Origin: an uncultured Gemmatimonadota bacterium
GTDB lineage: Bacteria > ARS69
DNA length: 64,000 nt
Direction: 5' to 3'
NCBI GenBank assembly: GCA_964571855.1
Contig: CAZNDO010000001.1
Location: forward strand, 863,629 to 927,628
Made by a program: the position numbers and the translations under genes
Notes under the pieces: generated by a model
Database searches by the model: none
What the model was told of the DNA's origin: nothing
What the model saw: the letters and a program-made list of their open reading frames with translations, nothing else
In this document: positions 27,242 to 35,336 of the stretch, in pieces
How positions within the stretch are numbered: position 1 is the stretch's first letter
How the letters are laid out: every line of letters begins with the position of its first letter

Positions 27242-30200
27242 ATGGAACGGAGAACCCGCCCCCGGGACGCCGTTCGCGCCCTCGTGGCGGCGCCGGTCGC
27301 CGCGTGGGCGCTCGCGGCGGCATGGGCGCCGGGGACCGCGGCGCCTTCCGCGCCGCCGGCGCCCGCCATTTCCCGCGCGCAGGCCGTGGTGGATTCGCTC
27401 GCGGAGGCGGAGCGCTGGGACGAGGTCGTCGCCGCGGCGCGCGCCGCGCTGCCCGGCGCGACCGATGCGGCGGCCGAGGCCGCGCTGCGGTCGTCGTTGA
27501 TGCTGGCGCACTTCCACTCCGGCGACCTGACGTCGGCGCGCGCGGAGCAGGAGCGCGTGGTGGCGCTCCGCGCGGCAGTGCTGCCCGCGACGGATCCGCA
27601 GCGGGCGGACGACCTGAACGACCTGGCGATCCTGTGCGATCGCACGGGGGACGACGCGGCGGCGCTGGACGCGTGGGAGCGCAGCCTGGCGCTCCTGCGC
27701 GCGCTGCCCGCGGCGGAGTCGGCCGCGCGCGCCGTGCCGCGCCTGTCGGCGGCGGCCGAGGCGGAGCGACGGCTCGGCCGCCACGCGGCATGCGAACGGC
27801 GGCTGCTCGAGGCGATCGCGCTGTCGGAGGCGCACCTCCCGCGCGACCAGCGGCACGCGCGTCTCCTCAACAACCTCGGCGCCCTGCAGTGGGACGAGCG
27901 CCGCTTCGACGAGGCGAGCCGCAACCTGCGCGAGGCGCTCCGGATCACGCGCGAGGATGCGTCGTCGTCGCCGCTGCGCGTGGCGGTCGCGCACCACAAT
28001 CTCGCCAACCTGAAGCGCGAGCAGGGCGAACCGGACGAGGCGGAGGCGCTTCACCGCGAGGCGCTGGCGCTGGCGCGCGCGCATCTCGCGGAGGATCCGC
28101 AGTTCCCGGTCTTCCTGAAGGAGCCGGCGGTGCTGTACGCGGAACAGGGCCGCTTCGACGAGGCGTTCGCGCTGTGGGACGAGGCCCTCGCGGCGCTCGG
28201 CGCGGAGCGCGCCGGCCTGCTCGGCTCGGAGATCCTGTACGAGCGGGCGCGCGCCGAGCTCGCGCGCGGCCGGCCCGATGCGGCGCGCGCCGCGCTGGAG
28301 GAGTGCCTCGCCATCCGGATGGCGAAGCGCACGGCGGACCATCCCATGACGGCGCAGGCGCGCGCGGCGCTCGGGACGGCGGCGATGCGTCTCGGCCGCG
28401 ACCGCGAGGCGCGGAAGCACTTCGAGGGCGCGCTCGCCGTCCTGCGTGCGTCGCCCGCCTACCCGGAGGAGCGGGCCGAGTCGCTCGAGGGCATCGCCCG
28501 CCTGGACTGGCGACGCGGCCGGCGCGAGGACGCCGTGGCCGCGATGCGCCAGGCGCTCGACGTGCTCGAGGGCCTGCGCTGGCATCGCACGGCGAGCGAG
28601 CGCGCACGGGCGGACTGGGCCCGCACCGCGGAGGAGCCCGCGCGCACGATGGTGGCGTGGCTGGCGCGTCTCGGTCGCGTGGCGGAGGCGCTGGAGTTCT
28701 CGGAGCGGATCCGCGGGCGGATCCTCGGCGACCAGATCGCGGCCGCGCACGTGGACTGGCGCCGCGACGTGCCGGCGGACGTGCAGGCGTCGCTGGCCGC
28801 GCGGGAGCGGGAGGCGCTGGCCACGATCGCGACCGCGCGCCGGCGGCTGGAGGCCGAGCTGCGCGACGACGGGGTCGCGCCCGCCGCCGGCACCGCGGAT
28901 GCCCTGGAGGCCGCGGCGCGCGCGTACCGCGACGTCCTCGAGGAGGGCCGCGCGCGCAGCCGCGCCTGGCGCGGCGCGATGGGCGCGCGCTCGCCCGAGG
29001 GCATCGCGGCGGCCGTGGGCGCCGCGCTCGGACCGGGCGAGATCGTGCTGTCGTGGCAGATCGGGGACGAGGCGTCGTTCCTCTTCGAACTCGAGGCCGG
29101 CGCGGCCCCGCGATGCACGGAGCTCGCCGTCCCGTCGGCCGTCGCGAAGGCGTGGGGCGTGGAGGCCGGGGCGCTGACGGGCGCGAAGCTCGCGGCAGCG
29201 CTGGCGGCCGGGCACGGACCGTTGCCCGCCGACGGCTCCGGCCCGCGCCGCGATGGTCTCCGCGGAGTGGGGCGCGCCACCCCGGCCGGCGCGCGCGCGG
29301 GCGAGACCGCCGCGTCGGCCGCCCGCCTCCGCGACCTCGCGCTCCTCGGGGACGCGCTGCTGCCCGAACCCGCGCGCCGCCGCGCGCTCGCCGCCGATCG
29401 GGTGTGGGTGATCCCCGACGGCCCGCTGCACGACGTCCCGGTGGAGGCCCTGGCCTTCGCCGCGAAGGACGGCGGCGCCGCGTACTGGCTCGACCTCGGT
29501 CCCCCCGTCTGCTACGGGGCGTCCCTCGCCACGCTCCTGGATCTCGCGGCGCGCGAGCGTTCGCCCACCCCCGGCTCGTACGTTCTCACGGTGAACGACC
29601 CGGACCGAGGGGTGACGGGCGACCGCCCCCGGCAGGAAGCGCCCGGCACTCTGGCCGAGTGGGCGCAGGCCGGCCGGTTCCACCCCCTTCCGGGCACGCG
29701 CCGCGAAGGCGACGCGCTCGCGCGCGCCTTCGGATCCGGCGGCGTGCGCCGGCTCGTGGGGGCCGACGCGCGCGAGGGGGAGGTGAAGCGGCTCGCGCCG
29801 GGCGCGCGGATCCTCCACCTGGGAACCCACGGTGTCGTGGAGAAGGAGCGAAGCGATCTGCTGGCGGCCCTGGTGCTGGCCGCCGAGCCCGAGGGGTCGG
29901 CCGAGGACGGCTTCCTGCACCTCTTCGAGGTCTACGACCTGCGTCTGGCCGCGGACCTCGTGGTGCTGTCCGCCTGCGAGACCATGCAGGGCGCGCGGGT
30001 GCCGGGCGAGGGCGTGCTGGCGCTCTCGCGCGGCTTCCTCGCCGCGGGGGCGCGGCGGACCGTCGCCAGCCTCTGGCCCGTGCACGACGAGGCCACGTCC
30101 GAGCTCATGGATGCGTTCGTCGCGGAGCTCGCGCGGGGGACGGCGGCCGCGGAGGCGCTGCGGGATGCGAAGCGTTCGCTGCGGCGGAAACCGGACCGCG

Positions 30201-30247
30201 CGGACCCCTTCTTCTGGGCGCCGTTCGTGCTCGGCGGGTCGTTCTGA
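27242..30247 (+). CDS. Exported TPR-CHAT (caspase-clan CD) protease
   Basis: Signal-peptide-like N-terminus; TPRs (LLNNLGAL, AHHNLANL); CHAT motifs VIPDGPLHDVP, ILHLGTHG (His), VVLSACET (Cys), FLAAGARRTVASLWPVHD and PFFWAPF. Confidence 0.88.
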   Translation: MERRTRPRDAVRALVAAPVAAWALAAAWAPGTAAPSAPPAPAISRAQAVVDSLAEAERWDEVVAAARAALPGATDAAAEAALRSSLMLAHFHSGDLTSARAEQERVVALRAAVLPATDPQRADDLNDLAILCDRTGDDAAALDAWERSLALLRALPAAESAARAVPRLSAAAEAERRLGRHAACERRLLEAIALSEAHLPRDQRHARLLNNLGALQWDERRFDEASRNLREALRITREDASSSPLRVAVAHHNLANLKREQGEPDEAEALHREALALARAHLAEDPQFPVFLKEPAVLYAEQGRFDEAFALWDEALAALGAERAGLLGSEILYERARAELARGRPDAARAALEECLAIRMAKRTADHPMTAQARAALGTAAMRLGRDREARKHFEGALAVLRASPAYPEERAESLEGIARLDWRRGRREDAVAAMRQALDVLEGLRWHRTASERARADWARTAEEPARTMVAWLARLGRVAEALEFSERIRGRILGDQIAAAHVDWRRDVPADVQASLAAREREALATIATARRRLEAELRDDGVAPAAGTADALEAAARAYRDVLEEGRARSRAWRGAMGARSPEGIAAAVGAALGPGEIVLSWQIGDEASFLFELEAGAAPRCTELAVPSAVAKAWGVEAGALTGAKLAAALAAGHGPLPADGSGPRRDGLRGVGRATPAGARAGETAASAARLRDLALLGDALLPEPARRRALAADRVWVIPDGPLHDVPVEALAFAAKDGGAAYWLDLGPPVCYGASLATLLDLAARERSPTPGSYVLTVNDPDRGVTGDRPRQEAPGTLAEWAQAGRFHPLPGTRREGDALARAFGSGGVRRLVGADAREGEVKRLAPGARILHLGTHGVVEKERSDLLAALVLAAEPEGSAEDGFLHLFEVYDLRLAADLVVLSACETMQGARVPGEGVLALSRGFLAAGARRTVASLWPVHDEATSELMDAFVAELARGTAAAEALRDAKRSLRRKPDRADPFFWAPFVLGGSF

Positions 30248-30345
30248 GGCGCCCCTCGACCGGGCGGGTCGCTCCCGGGGGCGCCGGCCCGCTACAATGA
30301 GCGTCCGCATCGCGCGGCGCGCCACCGCACCCGGGGGAGACCAGC

Positions 30346-32637
30346 ATGCCGTTCGCCCGCGCTTTCGCCCTCGCCGCCGCCGCCGGCTTTGCGCTCGCGC
30401 CCCCCGCGTTCGCGAAGGCGCTGCTGGGCGAGCCCGAGGTGGACCGCGCGTCGGACCAGTACGACGGGCTGTGGTGTCCCGCGGAGCAGATCCAGATGTA
30501 CGACGGGTCGTTCACGGCGGACGGTCCGCGCGCCACGTTCGTGTTCGTCGCGACGAACCATTCGCCCGTCACGAACGACTGGCGGCACGAGCGCATCGAC
30601 AACGTGGTCGTCGTGCCGGCGGCCGCGTACGCCGCGCACAAGCACCTGCCGGATTCCGCGTTCGCCGCGGCCTTCGGCTGCATCGAGCCGAACAAGAACT
30701 ACTTCCACTTCCAGGACGTGGCGCCCGGGGACCTCGTGTTCCTGGAGAAGTTCACCGCCGGCCCCGGCCCGGGCTGGGACATGGGCGACGGCGCGTACGC
30801 GAACCCGGGCTCGTCCGCGCCGAACGCGCTGTCGCTGCCGGTGGACACGTCGGGGCAGTCCCTGGGCCTGGGGCTGGACGAGGTGCCCACGACCGTGGCC
30901 ACCACCGAGATCACGATCGACGGGCTCGTGGCCGGCGAGGACTACGTGGTGTCCACGTGGACGCAGTGCGCGGACGCGTCGGTGGGCAGCGACCTGTACA
31001 TCCAGGTGTACGGCACGGAGTTCTTCTCGCTCACCGCCTCCGCGCCGGACACCGGACCCGGCCGCGGCTGCGCCTGGGGCGACGCGGACGGTGACGGCGA
31101 CCTCGATCTCTTCGTGACGAACTTCGACGCGCCGAGCCGCTACTGGCGCAACGACGGGCGCGACTACGTGGACGCCACCGCGTCCGCCGGGCTGACGCTC
31201 ACCACGCGCGCCACCGCGGTGTCCTGGGTGGACGGGGACGACGACGGCGACCCGGACCTGTACGTGGCGTCGCACGACGCGAACCGCTACTTCCGGAACG
31301 CCGGGAACGGATCCTTCACGAACGCCACGTCGCTCGTGCTGGGCGACACGCGACAGACCGTGTGCGCGGACTGGGCCGACGTGGACAACGACGGCGACCT
31401 GGACGCGTTCCTCGCGAACGTCGAAACCGACGCGCTCTTGCGGAACGACGGCGGGAAGTTCGTGGACGTGGCGTCCGGGGACCTGCTCGGCAGCGGCCGC
31501 GCGGTGGGCTGCTCGTTCGCCGACGTGGACGGGGACGGGGACGCGGACCTCTTCGTCACGTACAACGCGCAGCCGAACGAGCTGTTCGTGAACGCGGGCG
31601 GGTCATTCACGAAGTCCACCCCCGCGCTGCTGGCGGAGCCGCACGCGCTGTCCAACGCCGCGTGGGCCGACCACGACGACGACGGCGATCTTGACGTGCT
31701 GATCACCACGCGCGGCGAGGGAAACCGCCTGTGCCGCAACGACGGCGGCGGCGCGTTCGCGAACGTCACCCCGCCCGCGCTCGGCGCGCCGGGGGTCATC
31801 GTGGAGGCCGCGTGGGCCGACTGGGACAACGACGGCCGCGTCGACGTCTACCTCGCGAACGGCAACGGCCCGAACCGCCTCTTCCGCAACGACGGCGGCG
31901 GCGCGTTCGGCGTGCAGCCCACGGGCACGGTGGAGGACATGGGGCTGGCCACGGGCACGGCGTGGGGCGATCGCGACGGGGACGGCGACCCGGACCTGTG
32001 CGTGGTGAACTTCGGCGCGAACGCGATGTACCGGAACGAGTTCGGCAGCGAGAACACATGGCTGCACGTGGACCTCGAGGGCACGGTGTCGAATCGCTCC
32101 GGCGTGGGGGCGAAAGTGTATGTGACCGCCGGCGGGGTGACGCGGATGCGCGAGGTGGGCGGGGACGGCGGCTTCCGTTCGCAGAACTCGCTCACCGCGG
32201 AGTTCGGCCTGGGCGCGGCGACGGCGGCGGATCTCGTGACGGTGGCGTGGCCGTCGGGCATCACGCAGACGCTCGCCGGCGTGGCGGCGAACCAGCGCAT
32301 CACGATCGTGGAAGGCGGGCCCTCGGGGTCGCCCGCGGCCGTCGCGCCCGCGGTGCCGCGACCCGTGCTGGGCGCGCCGGCGCCGAATCCGTTCCGCGGA
32401 TCCTGTGCCGTCGCCTTCGATCTGCCGGCGCGCGCGGACGTGGAGCTGCGGGTCCTCGACGTCCGCGGCCGGCTCGTGCGCGTGCTCGAGGCCGGCGTGC
32501 GCGAGGCGGGCGAGCATCGCGCCGCCTGGGACGGGCGCGACGCCGCGGGCCATCCCGCGGCGCCGGGACTGTACTTCCTGGAGCTGCGCGGCCCCGGGAT
32601 CCGCGAGGCGCGCAAGACGGTGCGGATCACGAGGTAG
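30346..32637 (+). CDS. Secreted FG-GAP/CRTAC1-like protein with ASPIC/UnbV domain and C-terminal sorting-like domain
   Basis: Seven W.D.D.DGD.DL repeats, SNRSGVGAKV...EFGLG (ASPIC/UnbV), and PAPNPF...LDVRGRLVRVL...WDGRD tail. Confidence 0.85.
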   Translation: MPFARAFALAAAAGFALAPPAFAKALLGEPEVDRASDQYDGLWCPAEQIQMYDGSFTADGPRATFVFVATNHSPVTNDWRHERIDNVVVVPAAAYAAHKHLPDSAFAAAFGCIEPNKNYFHFQDVAPGDLVFLEKFTAGPGPGWDMGDGAYANPGSSAPNALSLPVDTSGQSLGLGLDEVPTTVATTEITIDGLVAGEDYVVSTWTQCADASVGSDLYIQVYGTEFFSLTASAPDTGPGRGCAWGDADGDGDLDLFVTNFDAPSRYWRNDGRDYVDATASAGLTLTTRATAVSWVDGDDDGDPDLYVASHDANRYFRNAGNGSFTNATSLVLGDTRQTVCADWADVDNDGDLDAFLANVETDALLRNDGGKFVDVASGDLLGSGRAVGCSFADVDGDGDADLFVTYNAQPNELFVNAGGSFTKSTPALLAEPHALSNAAWADHDDDGDLDVLITTRGEGNRLCRNDGGGAFANVTPPALGAPGVIVEAAWADWDNDGRVDVYLANGNGPNRLFRNDGGGAFGVQPTGTVEDMGLATGTAWGDRDGDGDPDLCVVNFGANAMYRNEFGSENTWLHVDLEGTVSNRSGVGAKVYVTAGGVTRMREVGGDGGFRSQNSLTAEFGLGAATAADLVTVAWPSGITQTLAGVAANQRITIVEGGPSGSPAAVAPAVPRPVLGAPAPNPFRGSCAVAFDLPARADVELRVLDVRGRLVRVLEAGVREAGEHRAAWDGRDAAGHPAAPGLYFLELRGPGIREARKTVRITR

Positions 32638-32652
32638 CGCGCGCGGGCGGGA

Positions 32653-32681
32653 TTGACGGTGCGCACCGCGTGGCCGACCAT
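32653..32681 (+). promoter_or_regulatory. Sigma70-type promoter, probably leaderless, for the kefF/kefC-like operon
   Basis: TTGACG, 17 nt, GACCAT, then 6 nt to ATG 32688. Confidence 0.4.
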
Positions 32682-32687
32682 CCCGCG

Positions 32688-33341
32688 ATGGGACCTCCGG
32701 ACGCCGGCGCGATCGTTCGGGAACCGGCCGTCCGCCGGATCCTGCTGCTCTTCGCGCACCCGGCGCTGCAGCGGTCCCGGGTGAACCGCGTGCTCGCGCG
32801 CGCGGCGCGCGGGACCGGAGGGGTCACGTTCCACGACCTGTACGAGGCCTATCCGGACTTCGCGATCGACGTCCCGCGCGAACAGTCGCTGCTGCGCGAC
32901 CACGACGTGATCGTGTTCCACCACCCGATGTTCTGGTACTCCGTGCCGGCGCTGCTCAAGGAGTGGCAGGACCTCGTGCTGGAGCACGGCTGGGCGTACG
33001 GGCGCGAGGGGACGGCGCTGCGCGGGAAGACCGCGATGACCGCCGTCACCACCGGAGGGCCGGCGTCCGCCTACACGCCGGACGGGCACGGGCGTTCGGT
33101 CCGCGGGTTCCTGGCCCCGGTGGAGCAGACCGCGCGTCTGTGCGGGATGAGGTACCTCGCGCCGTTCGTGGTCCACGGGACCCACGCCATGACCGCGGAG
33201 GAGATGGCGGCGCACGCCGCGGACTACGTGCGCCTCCTGTCGGCCCTGCGTGACGCGCGCGTCGACCTGGACCGCGCCGCCGCGGCGGACCTGCCGTTCG
33301 TGAACCCCGCGCTCGACCGGCTCATCGGGCAGGGGGCCTGA
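32688..33341 (+). CDS. KefF/KefG-like flavodoxin-fold NAD(P)H oxidoreductase
   Basis: LLFAHP...SRVNR, HDLYEAYPDFAIDV..EQ, HPMFWYSVPALLKEWQD.VL..GWAYG; directly upstream of a KefC-type antiporter. Confidence 0.88.
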   Translation: MGPPDAGAIVREPAVRRILLLFAHPALQRSRVNRVLARAARGTGGVTFHDLYEAYPDFAIDVPREQSLLRDHDVIVFHHPMFWYSVPALLKEWQDLVLEHGWAYGREGTALRGKTAMTAVTTGGPASAYTPDGHGRSVRGFLAPVEQTARLCGMRYLAPFVVHGTHAMTAEEMAAHAADYVRLLSALRDARVDLDRAAAADLPFVNPALDRLIGQGA

Positions 33342-33342
33342 C

Positions 33343-35280
33343 GTGTACGCCGAGCACCTCTTCGTGCAGGCGATGCTGTACCTGGCGGCGGCCGTCGTCG
33401 CCGTCCCGCTGGCGAAGCGCCTCGGGCTGGGCTCGGTGCTCGGGTACCTGCTGGCCGGGATGGCGATCGGGCCGTTCGGCCTCGGGCTGGTGGGACGCGA
33501 AGGGCAGGACGTCATGCACTTCGCGGAGTTCGGCGTGGTGATGATGCTGTTCCTGGTGGGCCTGGAACTCCGCCCGCGCGTGCTGTGGGAGATGCGCGTT
33601 CCCGTGCTCGGTCTGGGGGGAGCGCAGGTGGCCCTCACCGCGGCGGCCGTCTGCGGCGTGTCGATGGCGCTCGGTCTTCCCTGGCAGTCGTCCCTGGCCA
33701 TCGGGCTGACGCTCGCGATGTCCTCCACCGCGATCGTGTTGCAGAGCCTGCAGGAGAAGGGTCTGCTCCGCACGGATGCGGGCCAGTCCGCGTTCGCCGT
33801 GCTGCTGTTCCAGGACATCGCGGTGATCCCGATGCTCGCGGTGTTCCCGCTGCTCGCCGTGCACGAGGCGCACGGGGGCGGGGACCACGGCGCGGGCGCG
33901 GCCACGTGGCTGGAGAGCCAGGCGCTGCCCGGGTGGGCGGAGACGCTGGTGGTCCTGGGCGCGGTCGTGACGGTCGTGGGCGCGGGGCGGCTCCTCGGTC
34001 GGCCCTTCCTGCGCTGGGTGGCGGGCACGCGGCTGCACGAGACGTTCACCGCGGCCGCGCTGCTGCTGGTGGTCGGGATCGCGCTGCTGATGACGCGGGT
34101 GGGACTCAGCCCGGCGCTCGGGACGTTCCTCGCCGGCGTGGTGCTCGCGGGCAGCGAGTACCGGCACGAGCTGGAGGCCGACCTCGAGCCGTTCAAGGGA
34201 CTCCTGCTCGGCGTCTTCTTCATCGCGGTGGGGGCGTCGGTGGACTTCGCGCTGGTGGCGGCGGATCCGGGACGCATCGGCGCGATCGTGGGGGCGCTGA
34301 TCGGGATCAAGCTCGTGGTGCTGTTCGCGCTCGGGCGCGCGTTCCGCCTGCGGCCCGACCAGAACCTGCTCTTCACGTTCGCGCTGGCGCAGGGCGGCGA
34401 GTTCGCGTTCGTCCTGTTCTCCTTCGCCACGCAGTCCGGCGTGCTGACGCCGGACGAGGCGGCGCCGCTGATCGCGGCCGTGGCGCTGTCCATGGCGCTG
34501 ACGCCGCTGCTGATGATCCTGAACGACCGCGTGATCCGGCCGCGCTTCGGCACCCGGGAGTCCGGGCCCCGCGATCCCGACCTGATCGACCGCAAGGGCG
34601 CGGTGCTCGTGGCCGGGTTCGGGGAGTTCGGCGGCACGGTGGTACGGTTCCTCCGCGCCAACGGCGTCCGCCCCGTGGTCCTGGACAGCGACTCCGACCG
34701 CATCGACCTGCTGCGGCGGCTCGGGCTGGAGGCGTACTACGGGGACGCGCGGCGGCGGGATCTGCTGCACGCGGCCGGCGCGGCGGAGGCGCGGCTGCTC
34801 GTGGTGGCGTTGGGGGATCGCGAGCGGACGCTGGAGGTGCTGGACGTGGTGCGACGGCACTTCCCGCACCTGGAGGTATTCGCGGGCGCGGCGGGCTGGT
34901 TCGAGTCGTTCGACCTCGTGCGCGCCGGCGTGCGCCACGTGTACCGGCGCAACGCGGACACCGCCCTGCGGCTCGGGACGGACGCGCTGCGCGTGCTCGG
35001 CTTCCGCGCGTACCAGGTGCACCGCGCGGCGCAGCGCTTCTGCCGCCGGGACGACGAGGCCATGCACGAGCTGGCGGCCGCGTGGGGCGACGAGTCGGCG
35101 TACTTCCCGGCCGCGCGGGACCGGATCGCGAACGTGGAGAGGATCATGCTGGCCGAGATGGAGGCCGGCGGGATCCCGGACGCGGGCTGGGACAGCGAGT
35201 CCCTGCGGCGCGAGTACGGCGGGGCGCCGGGGCGGAACCCGGACGGGCCCGCCGACCGGCCGCCCGGGCCGCCGGTCTGA
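33343..35280 (+). CDS. KefC/KefB-type CPA2 K+/H+ antiporter with KTN domain
   Basis: LGLGSVLGYLLAG, FAEFGVVMMLF.VGLEL, MSSTAIVL, LLFQDIAVIP, HELEADLEPFKGLLLG, QGGEFAFV, AGFGEFG and YYGDA. Confidence 0.92.
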   Translation: MYAEHLFVQAMLYLAAAVVAVPLAKRLGLGSVLGYLLAGMAIGPFGLGLVGREGQDVMHFAEFGVVMMLFLVGLELRPRVLWEMRVPVLGLGGAQVALTAAAVCGVSMALGLPWQSSLAIGLTLAMSSTAIVLQSLQEKGLLRTDAGQSAFAVLLFQDIAVIPMLAVFPLLAVHEAHGGGDHGAGAATWLESQALPGWAETLVVLGAVVTVVGAGRLLGRPFLRWVAGTRLHETFTAAALLLVVGIALLMTRVGLSPALGTFLAGVVLAGSEYRHELEADLEPFKGLLLGVFFIAVGASVDFALVAADPGRIGAIVGALIGIKLVVLFALGRAFRLRPDQNLLFTFALAQGGEFAFVLFSFATQSGVLTPDEAAPLIAAVALSMALTPLLMILNDRVIRPRFGTRESGPRDPDLIDRKGAVLVAGFGEFGGTVVRFLRANGVRPVVLDSDSDRIDLLRRLGLEAYYGDARRRDLLHAAGAAEARLLVVALGDRERTLEVLDVVRRHFPHLEVFAGAAGWFESFDLVRAGVRHVYRRNADTALRLGTDALRVLGFRAYQVHRAAQRFCRRDDEAMHELAAAWGDESAYFPAARDRIANVERIMLAEMEAGGIPDAGWDSESLRREYGGAPGRNPDGPADRPPGPPV

Positions 35281-35336
35281 GCGGGCGGATCCGCGGCCGT
35301 GGTATCGTGGAAGCCCGCGAACCCCGGGGAGCACGC

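Noticed and set aside
27242-30247. TPR-CHAT as a Craspase (type III-E CRISPR) component
   Set aside because: There is no Cas7-11, Csx30/Csx31 or CRISPR array in the window, and the protein appears to be exported.
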